Shown here one piece after another: positions 48,757 through 58,803 of a DNA stretch of 64,000 bases. Each line of letters starts with the position of its first letter. The stretch's first letter is position 1. Source of the stretch: Candidatus Cloacimonadales bacterium (lineage in GTDB: Bacteria; Cloacimonadota; Cloacimonadia; Cloacimonadales; JAIOQZ01). The notes beneath the pieces are model-generated. The model was not told where the DNA came from, ran no database searches, and saw nothing but the letters and a program-made list of their open reading frames with translations. The translations under genes and the position numbers were made by a program. The stretch lies in assembly GCA_963665815.1 (NCBI GenBank), contig OY762463.1, positions 224,001-288,000 on the forward strand, written 5' to 3'.

Positions 48757-50569
48757 ACTAATCATTTCCCTGTTTGTCCTGAGTTGTTTCAGTTTTCTGA
48801 ATGCGGAGGAATTGTTCTTTAAATGGGATGACAATCCTGCATTCAACTCTGAAATCTACAAAAAGACAATAGGATTCAGATTAGTAAACTCAGATTACGA
48901 TACATTTGAACAATTAGGAAGGGTGAGTTATCTTCACCCTTCCAGACTTTATGGTAACACAAAGTTCCTTGCAGAAATGCAGAAAGCAGATGACTTCGAT
49001 CTGTATACAGCCGGAATAAGCTGGGGAAAACGAATCAATCCCGTATTCCATCTTGGTACCGGCCTGGAGCTTTCACGAAACATTGATGATAAGATTAACA
49101 CTATATCATTTCTTCCCGGTATTCAAATCAAATTCACAGGCAACCTGAGATATTCCGGCTATCTGTGTTTCCAAAAACTCGATAATGATCAGAAAACTTA
49201 TGTGAATTCTACTCTCTCATATTATCTCAATCCAAACCTTAGAACATCCCTTTCATATGATGTAGATGAAAAGTACAGAGCTGAGATTGACTTAATCAAA
49301 TCTATTGGTATTTCACTATTTGCACAATCTAACTTAAAGAATAACTTGAAAGATAATTTAACTGCAGGATTAACCTTTTCACTCAATCTGGCAAACAGTT
49401 TAGTCAAACTTGAAGGTGCAGTTGTTAATGATCCTGAAGATAAGCAGTACAGACAGTCTGCAGAATATATTTACAGTTTCGGTAAGTATACTCCCCCGAT
49501 TGTTTATGAAGCTCCTCTATATCCTGTTTCGGGAAATGCTCTCAACAAATACGGTCTAATGATAGATCAGCAACTGAGTGAAACAACGCAAAAAGATGTA
49601 GTTATTGTTGTTAAACCGGGAGACAATCTTACACAGATCAGCAGGAATCTACCCATAAACGCTCTTGACCATTACAAAGATAATGTTGCAGCAATATCTG
49701 AATATAACGACATAACAGATCCGTCCAGAATCAAAGTCGGTCAGAAGATAAAAATACCGGTAAAGGTACCATCTGCTTCCGATATTACAGTTTCAGATGA
49801 GGATAAATCAGAAGTTGATGAGCTGCTTAATACACTTTTAACAACAAATCTTGCTGAGATAAAGATTACTCAGGCATACTGGAACTTGCAGTTAAAAGAT
49901 ATCAATGCAATGAAAAAGCATACTCCGGGTAACATATTGAATACACCAGGTATGCTTAATATCAAAGCAATTGAAGCTGTTGCAGAAAACAATCTTGATG
50001 AAGCTGACAGATTACTGAAACAGGCAATATTAATTGATTCAACTTCTCATATCTATCTGTTTAACAAAGCGGTTATAGATTTTCAGACAGGTAAATATCA
50101 GGAGTCTTATGATAATCTTGTTAATAGTATTGAGCTTGGGGCAGGCTCAGATTATGCATTCAAGATATATAATCTTGTTAAGAAGAAAACACTATTGAAG
50201 GATTTCCCTGATACTGTAATTGCGTTACAACAGAACTTCAAAGCAGAGATTTCCTTGATACCAATGGACAGCCTTAAATCCGAATTTAAGCTGCAAAATG
50301 TTGAAAAACAAACAACTGAAAAAAAGCTTAATTTCCTGAGTGAGGAATTTGAGGATTACTTTACACAGAAAGCTACTTACTCAGAAGTTGAGAATACATC
50401 TAAAGCAGGTTCGGCATCTCACAATGAAGCTGTAAACATGCTTAAAATAATAAACAGAAAACTGGATCATATCAGTATGTCTTTAAGAACAGAACGTCAG
50501 AAACTTGTTATTTTGACTGACAACCTGAACATGATTAAACTGGAGCTGAACAGGAGAATGGCATGGTAA
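48743..50569 (+). CDS. Secreted protein with beta-rich N-terminus, LysM domain, TPR and C-terminal helices
   Basis: Signal peptide (FLNA-E); LysM VVKPGDNLTQIS...NDITDPSRIKVGQKIKIP; TPR-like ADRLLKQAILIDS. Confidence 0.75.
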   Translation: MKICRLIISLFVLSCFSFLNAEELFFKWDDNPAFNSEIYKKTIGFRLVNSDYDTFEQLGRVSYLHPSRLYGNTKFLAEMQKADDFDLYTAGISWGKRINPVFHLGTGLELSRNIDDKINTISFLPGIQIKFTGNLRYSGYLCFQKLDNDQKTYVNSTLSYYLNPNLRTSLSYDVDEKYRAEIDLIKSIGISLFAQSNLKNNLKDNLTAGLTFSLNLANSLVKLEGAVVNDPEDKQYRQSAEYIYSFGKYTPPIVYEAPLYPVSGNALNKYGLMIDQQLSETTQKDVVIVVKPGDNLTQISRNLPINALDHYKDNVAAISEYNDITDPSRIKVGQKIKIPVKVPSASDITVSDEDKSEVDELLNTLLTTNLAEIKITQAYWNLQLKDINAMKKHTPGNILNTPGMLNIKAIEAVAENNLDEADRLLKQAILIDSTSHIYLFNKAVIDFQTGKYQESYDNLVNSIELGAGSDYAFKIYNLVKKKTLLKDFPDTVIALQQNFKAEISLIPMDSLKSEFKLQNVEKQTTEKKLNFLSEEFEDYFTQKATYSEVENTSKAGSASHNEAVNMLKIINRKLDHISMSLRTERQKLVILTDNLNMIKLELNRRMAW

Positions 50570-52410
50570 GACAATTCATTCTTCTAATGTTTATATTCCT
50601 TATTCTGGGATGTGCTTCTGTTCCTCGAGACGAAGCTGAAACATACGAGCATGCTCTTGCTGTTTATCGTTCAGGTGATTATGAACAGGCAATTCCTCTG
50701 TTGAAACATGAGCTTGATAAAGATTCCGATTATGCAAATCTTTATGAAGTACTCGCTCATTCATTTTATATGACAGGCCATCCTGATTCCACTATGAAAT
50801 ACCTGAAAAAAGGTGAGAGCTTCTGGAAGAAAAACATCGAAAACGCTTTATTGTCGGTAAAAACACAGATTACTACAAAGGAATCCCAGAAAGATTTCCT
50901 CAGCTATGTTAACAGTGTTGCAAGAAAGTTTGATATGGATCCCGGACTTCTTCTGGCGTTCATGCATCAGGAAAGTGCTTTCAAGGTTGATGCCATTTCT
51001 TCTGCAGGTGCTGTTGGACTTGTACAGTTGATGCCGGCAACAGCAAAAGCTCTTGGCTTGAAAGTACCTCCGGAAAACTATGTAAAAGAACCGGAGATAA
51101 AAGACCATAAACAGGACGAGAGATTCCATCCCGGTAAAAACATTTATGCTTCAGCTCGTCATATCAGTTTTCTGCTTCAACACTACAAAAAGGGGAAGAA
51201 AAAAAGAACTGACTTGCAAAAGGCAATTGCTGCATATCTTTCAGGAACAGGTAATGTAAAAGACAGTATTCCAAACTATGCAAAGCATTATGTAAATAAG
51301 GTTTCCGGATATTATAAAGATTACAGATATAATGATAAAACAAAGGCAAAAGCAGCGGATTTGTATAACAAAAGAAATAAAGGGAAGCAATTCTTCAGTT
51401 CATATAGTACCGGGAAAATCTCAAAGGGACTGAATTCTGTCAGTAAATACATCAAAAAGATGAACAATCTTGGGATTGATATACAGCGTTCAGCTTTCTA
51501 CAACAATCTTGCACTTGCAAGCAATGCACTAGGGGAAAATCAGAAAGCGGATTCATTATTCAATATTGCTGTTTCTCTTGATCCAAAGAATGTAACAACT
51601 TATACAAACTATGCTGTTTTTCTGTATAATACGGATCAAATGGATAAATGTTTGAATCTCCTGCTTCATCCACCTACTAATGATCTTGAGTTGATCCTGG
51701 TTTTAAAATCCGGTATTTACCTGGCAAAGAAGCAATATAATAAGGCTGTAGGAACTGCTGAAAATGGAATCAGAATGTATCCTGACAATCTGCTTTTGAG
51801 TAATAATCTGGCTCTTGGATATTTCTTCACACGTGAACGAGACAAAGCATTGTCTATATTGAGCTCTCTAACAAGCGAAGCAGATAATCAGGTGATTATC
51901 AATAATTACCTCTGCGTACTATACGATTACTATTATGCTGAGCAATCTCGAATCACTTATACATTGTTTACCAGACTTAATGATGAAGCTCAATCTGAAT
52001 ACATATGGCCAACCGATAGAATTAACATTTCTTCTTATTATGGGTGGAGACCTAATCCGGTTCTACGTAATTGGGATGATAGACTGGAAGATTTGGATTT
52101 TCACTATGGGATAGATATTCCCGGTGCTGAAGGTGATCCTATCTATGCTGTGAAATCAGGTATCGTTACAACCTCTACATTCAATGATGTCTCCGGAAAT
52201 GTTGTTGTACTGCAGCATGATGATGGTGGATATTCTGTTTACTACCACATGAGTAAGAGGGTTTCCGCAAAAGGAGACAGAGTTAAGCAGGGTGATATTA
52301 TAGGAGAAATTGGAACAACAGGTCGTTCTACCGGAAATCACCTTCATTATGGACTTTACGACAAAAACTGGAAACCCCTGAATCCAATTCTTTTCTATCC
52401 ATTTTTCTAA
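50563..52410 (+). CDS. Lipoprotein with TPR, lytic transglycosylase (SLT), TPR and M23 peptidase domains
   Basis: Lipobox LILG-C; SLT HQESAF...GAVGLVQLMP...AAYLSG; M23 HYGID, YYHM, STGNHLHY. Confidence 0.85.
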   Translation: MVRQFILLMFIFLILGCASVPRDEAETYEHALAVYRSGDYEQAIPLLKHELDKDSDYANLYEVLAHSFYMTGHPDSTMKYLKKGESFWKKNIENALLSVKTQITTKESQKDFLSYVNSVARKFDMDPGLLLAFMHQESAFKVDAISSAGAVGLVQLMPATAKALGLKVPPENYVKEPEIKDHKQDERFHPGKNIYASARHISFLLQHYKKGKKKRTDLQKAIAAYLSGTGNVKDSIPNYAKHYVNKVSGYYKDYRYNDKTKAKAADLYNKRNKGKQFFSSYSTGKISKGLNSVSKYIKKMNNLGIDIQRSAFYNNLALASNALGENQKADSLFNIAVSLDPKNVTTYTNYAVFLYNTDQMDKCLNLLLHPPTNDLELILVLKSGIYLAKKQYNKAVGTAENGIRMYPDNLLLSNNLALGYFFTRERDKALSILSSLTSEADNQVIINNYLCVLYDYYYAEQSRITYTLFTRLNDEAQSEYIWPTDRINISSYYGWRPNPVLRNWDDRLEDLDFHYGIDIPGAEGDPIYAVKSGIVTTSTFNDVSGNVVVLQHDDGGYSVYYHMSKRVSAKGDRVKQGDIIGEIGTTGRSTGNHLHYGLYDKNWKPLNPILFYPFF

Positions 52411-52480
52411 ACTTTTTCATACACTCAAATTCCTGAAAGAAAACATTTGACTATATGCATAATACTTTTAGAATATTAGC

Positions 52481-53665
52481 ATGGAAAAATATTTTTTTAG
52501 ATGTATTAATTGCGGAAAGAGCTTTCATGATGTAAATTTCATGTATACATGTCCGGAATGCTATGAATCAAGATTTGATCAACCTCCCAAAGGTTATCTG
52601 AAAATGGAGTACAAGTATTCGGAAATCAGTGAAAAGCACTCATGTATTGATAAAGAACTACTTCTGGATCTACTGCCGTTAAAATCTCTGGCAAGCTTAC
52701 CTACACTTAACGTTGGCAATACTCCTTTGTATGACATTACTCACAATCTGAGTTTATCTGATAATAACTGTAGATTGTATGCAAAAGATGATTCACAGAA
52801 TCCGACATTCTCATATAAAGACAGAGCTTCTGCACTTGTTTCTGCTTTTGCTAAAGAGCAGGGAATAGATTCAATTGTGGCTGCTTCTACAGGAAATGCC
52901 GGATCGTCAATTGCAGGGATTTGTGCTAACCAGAACCAGAAAGCTATTGTTTTCGTTCCGGCATCTGCACCGGAAGCCAAATTAACTCAGATTAACCTTT
53001 ATGGTGCAGAATTAATAAGAGTAAATGGTACATACGATCAGGCATTTGATGAGAGCTTGAGGTATTCTGAGAAAACCGGTTGCTTTAACAGAAATACAGG
53101 ATATAATCCACTCACTGTAGAAGGTAAGAAAACTGCTGCTTTTGAACTGGTTGCCGAATTGGAATCCATAGACAGAATTTTTGTACCTGTTGGTGATGGT
53201 GTTATTATTTCAGGTGTTTTCAAAGGCTTTGAAGATTTGATTAAATGTGGGATGGCGAAGAAAATTCCTGAGATTATTGCAGTACAGTCAATTCAAAGCA
53301 GTAATCTTGTAAATAATCTTAGCTCAGATCAGTTTAACTCAGAGGAATGCACGACTGTCGCAGATTCAATATCAGTAGCCATTCCCAGAAACTTTTATAT
53401 GGCAAGGGATTATATAAACAGGTACAATTGCAGAACTGTATTGGTCTCTGATTCGGAAATCTTAGATGCATCCGCAGAGTTATGCAGAAAAACAGGTCTT
53501 TTCAGTGAGCCGGCCGGAGCATCATCCTATGCCGGATTCAAGAGGTACTGTGAATTATATGACAATTCAGGTGTGAACGTTATATTATTGACAGGAAGCG
53601 GTCTGAAGGATATAAAGACAATGCAGAGATATTTAAATCAACAAAAAGAAGGTATAAATGAGTAG
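52481..53665 (+). CDS. Threonine synthase-like fold-type II PLP enzyme
   Basis: N-terminal CxxC..CxxC; NPTFSYKDR (PLP Lys), ASTGNAG, EGKKT, VPVGDG, EPAGA, LTGSGLKD. Confidence 0.85.
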   Translation: MEKYFFRCINCGKSFHDVNFMYTCPECYESRFDQPPKGYLKMEYKYSEISEKHSCIDKELLLDLLPLKSLASLPTLNVGNTPLYDITHNLSLSDNNCRLYAKDDSQNPTFSYKDRASALVSAFAKEQGIDSIVAASTGNAGSSIAGICANQNQKAIVFVPASAPEAKLTQINLYGAELIRVNGTYDQAFDESLRYSEKTGCFNRNTGYNPLTVEGKKTAAFELVAELESIDRIFVPVGDGVIISGVFKGFEDLIKCGMAKKIPEIIAVQSIQSSNLVNNLSSDQFNSEECTTVADSISVAIPRNFYMARDYINRYNCRTVLVSDSEILDASAELCRKTGLFSEPAGASSYAGFKRYCELYDNSGVNVILLTGSGLKDIKTMQRYLNQQKEGINE

Positions 53666-55811
53666 TATTCTCAGAGTAGATGGAATAAGAAAACTCGAAG
53701 GTAAAACAAAATATGTAGATGACTATACTTTCCCTGCTATGCTTCACGGAGCTGTAATCTGCTCGACAATTCATAAGGGAAAGATTATTAAAATACAATA
53801 TCCTAATCAATTAAATCCGAGTGATTTCGTAATATGTTCAGCCAGCGATATTCCTGGAATGAATGTTGTGCCTGAACCTGTATCAGATGGTGTTTTCCTC
53901 ACTGATGGAGAAGTAAGATATTTGGGGCAGCCCATACTTTGTGCTGCACATGCAGATAAACAGATGCTTCATGAATTTATCAGAGATACAAAAATTGTAT
54001 ATGAAGAATACAGTGAAGAGCTTGCCTGCACAAATTACAAAAAGTGTCTTGAGAATGAGGCCAATGCATTTGGTAGAGCAATTGAGATTGATCATGGTAA
54101 AAAGCACGATATAGATGATTCCTGGGTTCATTTGAAGAAGATATACTTTACCCCACATCAGGAACAGGCTTATCTTGAAACTCAGGGAATGATTGCCAGT
54201 TATAATAAAGCCAGCGGAACAATGAATATTCTGGGATCAATGCAATGTCCGTATTTCGTGAAAGATGCAGTAGAACAGATTATGGGAGATGCTGTTTCAG
54301 AAGTAGTGGTTGAAGTAGCTGAAGGTGTAGGCGGTGCATTTGGAGGGAAGGAGGATTTCCCAAACAATATTGCGGGGTTTGCTGCTCTGCTCAGTTACAA
54401 ATCACATTGTCCTGTGAAGATAGTTTTAGATAGAAATCAGGATATGATGATTACAACCAAAAGACATCCATCCAGAATCGAAATTGATTCTTATGTTGAT
54501 CCTGAAACAAAGAAGATAAAAAAGATGTCTATAGATTACAGGCTTGATGCAGGATGTTTCCAGACGTTATCTCCTGTCGTGCTGTCTCGTGGTGTGTTAC
54601 ATGCATCAGGTGTATATGCTTGTGATGATGTGTACATTCTTGGTAGGTTGTTCAGATCGAATACTCCGCCTAATGGTGCATTCAGAGGTTTTGGTGCTCC
54701 TCAGGCAATATTCGCTGTTGAAAGCCATATTGAAGACCTTGCAGAGATGCTGAATGTTTCACCTGTAGAATTCCGAGAGTTGAATCTCCTTACTGATAAT
54801 GACAAACTTCCTTCAACACAGATGGTTGACACTTCACCCTTGTATGAATGCTGGAATGAATTGCTTAGTGAATCTGATTTCAGAGCAAAATACAAAGAAT
54901 TCGAGGACTGGAACAAGTCTCATAAGATAAAAAAGGGGATTGGACTTTCTCTGACTTATCATGGTGGAGGTTACACGGGTAATGGAGAAAAGGTTTTGGC
55001 ATCTGAAGTAAAAATTACTCTCACAGCAGATAGTTCTGTCGAAGTTTTTGTTTCCAATGTTGATATGGGACAGGGTTGCAGTACAACTCTGGCTCAGAGA
55101 GTTGCAGAAGGTTTGCAGTACCCTGTTGAAAAAGTTATTGTCAATACCCCGGACACAAGTAAAACACCGAATTCCGGTCCTACAGTTGCTTCCAGAACAA
55201 TCTATGTTGTAGGAAAAATCCTGTTTGATCTGGCAAAAGACATCAGAAATCAAGTTGGTGATATAGAAACATATTTTAATACTGGGAAAGCACTTCCTGT
55301 TGAGTTTAAAGGTAAGTTTGCTCCTGATCCTACAGTTGTATTTGATGAAGATACATATAAAGGAACAGGTTACAGAGATTACTCCTGGGCAGCCTGTGCA
55401 GTAGAAGTCACATATGATCCGGTTTTGTTTACTATCAAAGTTGATAAAATATGGAATGTACTGGATATCGGTAAAGTAGTGAATCCTTCAATTGCAGAAG
55501 GACAGGTCGCCGGAGCTGTTGTACAGGGAATTGGCTATGGAACAACTGAGATTACATATAAACCCGGAATTGGTAAAACTGCCGGACTTTCAAACTATGT
55601 TGTCCCAATAATTCAGGATGCACCGGACATACACATTAAATTTGTGAATACAGATTGTGATATTGCAAAGGGTCTTGGAGAAATTCCAATGAATTATCCT
55701 GCTCCGGCAGTGAGAAATGCCCTTAAACATGCTACGGGTATAACTCTTGATGAAATACCTCTGCTTCCTGAACTGATTTTTGATGAATGGAGTAAAAATG
55801 AAAACAAATAA
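53658..55811 (+). CDS. Xanthine dehydrogenase family molybdopterin-binding subunit
   Basis: QEQAYLE, GGAFGGK, KRHP, AFRGFGAPQ, DMGQG, GPTVASR, KGLGE. Confidence 0.92.
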   Translation: MSSILRVDGIRKLEGKTKYVDDYTFPAMLHGAVICSTIHKGKIIKIQYPNQLNPSDFVICSASDIPGMNVVPEPVSDGVFLTDGEVRYLGQPILCAAHADKQMLHEFIRDTKIVYEEYSEELACTNYKKCLENEANAFGRAIEIDHGKKHDIDDSWVHLKKIYFTPHQEQAYLETQGMIASYNKASGTMNILGSMQCPYFVKDAVEQIMGDAVSEVVVEVAEGVGGAFGGKEDFPNNIAGFAALLSYKSHCPVKIVLDRNQDMMITTKRHPSRIEIDSYVDPETKKIKKMSIDYRLDAGCFQTLSPVVLSRGVLHASGVYACDDVYILGRLFRSNTPPNGAFRGFGAPQAIFAVESHIEDLAEMLNVSPVEFRELNLLTDNDKLPSTQMVDTSPLYECWNELLSESDFRAKYKEFEDWNKSHKIKKGIGLSLTYHGGGYTGNGEKVLASEVKITLTADSSVEVFVSNVDMGQGCSTTLAQRVAEGLQYPVEKVIVNTPDTSKTPNSGPTVASRTIYVVGKILFDLAKDIRNQVGDIETYFNTGKALPVEFKGKFAPDPTVVFDEDTYKGTGYRDYSWAACAVEVTYDPVLFTIKVDKIWNVLDIGKVVNPSIAEGQVAGAVVQGIGYGTTEITYKPGIGKTAGLSNYVVPIIQDAPDIHIKFVNTDCDIAKGLGEIPMNYPAPAVRNALKHATGITLDEIPLLPELIFDEWSKNENK

Positions 55812-56280
55812 AATCTTTGTTAAGTTTAAACTTAATAACAATAAAACCAGGATAGAAGTTGATCCACTGAAACGTGTTCTGGATTTGCTAAGAGATGATT
55901 TTGATTTGAAATCACTAAAAGAAGGATGCGGTGAAGGTGAATGCGGAGCCTGTACCATACTGCTTAATGGAAAACCTGTTACAAGTTGTATATTCAGAGC
56001 AGGTCAACTTGAGAGTACGGAAGTACTAACTCTGGAAGGAATCAGAGAATCTGAGCTGGGAAAGATTATTATTGAAGCTTTTCATAACAATAATGCTGTA
56101 CAATGCGGATTTTGTTTCCCCGGATTTCTCATGACTACTTACGCATATATTCTGTCAGGTGGAGATACACGGCAGGATAATATTAAAAGAGCTCTGGCAG
56201 GGAATATCTGCCGTTGCACAGGTTATGACAAGATTATTAAATCTGTTATTGATGCAATCAATACTTATTGCCAGAAGTAA
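55798..56280 (+). CDS. Xdh/CoxS-family [2Fe-2S] subunit
   Basis: KEGCGEGECGACT, QCGFCFPG, GNICRCTGY; GGAG SD before ATG 55798. Confidence 0.93.
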   Translation: MKTNKIFVKFKLNNNKTRIEVDPLKRVLDLLRDDFDLKSLKEGCGEGECGACTILLNGKPVTSCIFRAGQLESTEVLTLEGIRESELGKIIIEAFHNNNAVQCGFCFPGFLMTTYAYILSGGDTRQDNIKRALAGNICRCTGYDKIIKSVIDAINTYCQK

Positions 56281-56289
56281 GGATAAACT

Positions 56290-57126
56290 ATGAACCATAA
56301 AACACATATTGTAACAGACCTTACCGAATTACTTACATTGATTAGCTCAGACACCAAACCCTGGTTCGTTGCCGGTGGAACTGATATAAGTCTGAACATT
56401 TCAAGAAATCAACTTCCGAAGAATTCTGATATATATTTTATCAGTGGAATAAAATGCTTGAAAAGTATTACGAAAAGCAATGGATATATAAAAATAGGAG
56501 CTCTAAGTTCAATCACTGATATTCTGGAGTCTTCAATTATTAATGAAAGTCTTCCATTTCTCAGGGAGGCTCTTAAAGATTTTGCTTCAGCACAGATCAG
56601 AAATGTTGCAACACTTACGGGAAATATTGCCAATGGTTCCCCCACTGCTGATACAATACCTATACTGCTTGTTCTTGAGGCGGAGCTTCTCTTAAGTTCT
56701 AACAAAGGCTCCAGAGTCGTATCACTCTCTGATTTCTTTACAGATTACAAAACGAATGTACTTGAGAATAATGAGGTTATTACCGAGATACTCATTCCGG
56801 ATAAAAATAAGAATTCTGAACTGTTCAGCTATAAAGTCGGCAATAGATCAGCTCTGACAATCGCAAAAGTAAACATTGCAATATTGAAGGGAGAAGTAGT
56901 AAAAATTGCTGCAGGAAGTGTTAATAGTTATCCTATAAGACTTTTTTCTCTAGAGAAACTGATAATCGAAAAAGGTATTGAAAGGTTGACAACACAGGAT
57001 ATAGAAAATGAATTGGCAAATCTGATAACACCAATAACCGACTTCAGATCAACTTCAGAATACAGATATACTGTTACAAGGAACCTTATATGCAGTACAT
57101 TAGATTCCATAAAGCAAAACTCCTGA
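56290..57126 (+). CDS. Xdh/CoxM-family FAD-binding subunit
   Basis: AGGTD, ASAQIRNVATLTGNIANGSPTAD, PITDFRSTSEYR. Confidence 0.92.
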   Translation: MNHKTHIVTDLTELLTLISSDTKPWFVAGGTDISLNISRNQLPKNSDIYFISGIKCLKSITKSNGYIKIGALSSITDILESSIINESLPFLREALKDFASAQIRNVATLTGNIANGSPTADTIPILLVLEAELLLSSNKGSRVVSLSDFFTDYKTNVLENNEVITEILIPDKNKNSELFSYKVGNRSALTIAKVNIAILKGEVVKIAAGSVNSYPIRLFSLEKLIIEKGIERLTTQDIENELANLITPITDFRSTSEYRYTVTRNLICSTLDSIKQNS

Positions 57127-57695
57127 TAGTTTTTTGCATAGCTTTATTTGGATGTGGTCCGGCTTTGTCCACATTTCAATCAGATTCACTTCGTTTATAT
57201 AAAGGAAACGGGTATCAAGTTTCATATCCTGTTTCCGCAAGAGTCAGAACAGAGCTTGCTAACACGGATGCTCGAGATGAACTTCATATAGAAGGAGCAC
57301 AGATAACAATTGAAGGCAGGCGTGTACCTTCTTTTGATCTCGTTATAAGAACTTACAAGAACAGAAACAGTAAAGGACTAAACAGGTGGATTTACGACTA
57401 TTATGAGAAGAAGTGGCAGCAGACAAGGAATCTGCTTAGTCCTCCGACTCTTCCTGTTGACATGCATGGAAATCTCTCCAGTAATTATGTAAGTGATACA
57501 ACTGTTGGCCCATACAAGGCTATCGTTGTGAATACACCTGATATAAAATACATTACGAGAACATTTTACGTGTGTAACAACAAAATAGTATATGCAATTG
57601 AATATAAAGATTTCGAGCTGGCATACAATCCTCTTGCAGATGTACAGCTTAGTATTTATTCCTTAATACTTAACACTTTTCAATTAACTCAGTAA
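57090..57695 (+). CDS. Hypothetical lipoprotein (possibly PsbP/Mog1-like fold)
   Basis: Lipobox ALFG-C; YKGNGYQVSYP near the N-terminus and ILNTFQL at the C-terminus resemble PsbP-like proteins. Confidence 0.55.
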   Translation: MQYIRFHKAKLLIVFCIALFGCGPALSTFQSDSLRLYKGNGYQVSYPVSARVRTELANTDARDELHIEGAQITIEGRRVPSFDLVIRTYKNRNSKGLNRWIYDYYEKKWQQTRNLLSPPTLPVDMHGNLSSNYVSDTTVGPYKAIVVNTPDIKYITRTFYVCNNKIVYAIEYKDFELAYNPLADVQLSIYSLILNTFQLTQ

Positions 57696-57714
57696 ACATT
57701 CCGGGGAGATAAAA

Positions 57715-58803
57715 ATGGCAGATTTAAAATGCAGTTTATGGGGACATGAACTTAAAAATCCAATTATGCCTGCAGCGGGACCTAATTGTGTAGACGGTAA
57801 AATGCTTATTGCCGCATCAAGAGGTGGTGCAGGTGGACTTGTAATGAAAACAATATCTGTTGAACCTGCCAGAATACCTTACCCGAATATAAAACGAGTT
57901 AATAAAGATACCCTGATGAATGCCGAATTATGGTCTGAATATCCATATCAACAGTATTTAGATAAAGAATATGAGCTGGCTAAATCAACAGGACAATTTC
58001 TGATGGCAAGTATAGGCTATAGTGCTGATGAACTAAGTTTTCTGGGACCTCTCGTTGAGAAAACAGGCTTTGTAGATGCAATTGAATTCTCAGTGCATTA
58101 TGTTGGTAAGGATTATGCCACTGTTGTAGAAAATGCCAGAGCACTTAAGGAATCTGTTTCTCTACCGGTTCTGGTGAAAGTATCTCCCGGATTTCCCGAT
58201 ATTCCTGCATTCGTAAAGGCTATTGAACCTTATGTAGATGGTTTTATAGCAATTAACAGTGTTGGACCCGGATTGGATTTTGATCCGGTAACCCTTAAAC
58301 CTCTGATGGGCTCTGAAAATGGTTATGGGTATGTTTCAGGCAGGTCTATTTTCCCGATAGCTTTGCAGATTGTACATGAAATCTCTTTAAACACAGATAA
58401 ACCGATCATTGGAGTCGGAGGTATTTACTCAGGGCTGGAAGCAGTAAAAATGATGATGGCAGGTGCATCAGCCGTACAAGTATGCAGTATAATTATTGAA
58501 GAAGGACATTCAGCTTATTCCCGTATTGCAAAAGAAATGTCTGACTGGCTTGATAAAAACAGTTACAGCAGTGTGAATGAAATCGTTGGATTGTATTCTA
58601 AACAGCAGAATAATGCAGTTATGGAACGACCTTCAATGAGTATTGATTCTGATAAGTGTATCAGATGCGGAAAATGCATAAAGACATGTCTGCATCATGG
58701 TCTGAGTACAGGGGAGAAGCTGTTGCCAAAGTTTAATGAGAACTGTATTCAGTGTGGATTTTGCCAGAGTATCTGTCCTGTTAATGCTATTATAATGGAT
58801 TAA
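57715..58803 (+). CDS. Dihydroorotate/dihydropyrimidine dehydrogenase (PreA)-like FMN protein with two 4Fe-4S clusters
   Basis: NPIMPAAGP, VMKTIS, VKVSP, AINS, IGVGGI, GASAVQVC; CIRCGKCIKTC and CIQCGFCQSICP; canonical NxSCP absent. Confidence 0.82.
   Translation: MADLKCSLWGHELKNPIMPAAGPNCVDGKMLIAASRGGAGGLVMKTISVEPARIPYPNIKRVNKDTLMNAELWSEYPYQQYLDKEYELAKSTGQFLMASIGYSADELSFLGPLVEKTGFVDAIEFSVHYVGKDYATVVENARALKESVSLPVLVKVSPGFPDIPAFVKAIEPYVDGFIAINSVGPGLDFDPVTLKPLMGSENGYGYVSGRSIFPIALQIVHEISLNTDKPIIGVGGIYSGLEAVKMMMAGASAVQVCSIIIEEGHSAYSRIAKEMSDWLDKNSYSSVNEIVGLYSKQQNNAVMERPSMSIDSDKCIRCGKCIKTCLHHGLSTGEKLLPKFNENCIQCGFCQSICPVNAIIMD

Noticed and set aside
53658..58803. Selenocysteine read-through or frameshifts in the Xdh cluster
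   Set aside because: All subunits are full-length open frames, and no in-frame TGA joining adjacent ORFs was seen
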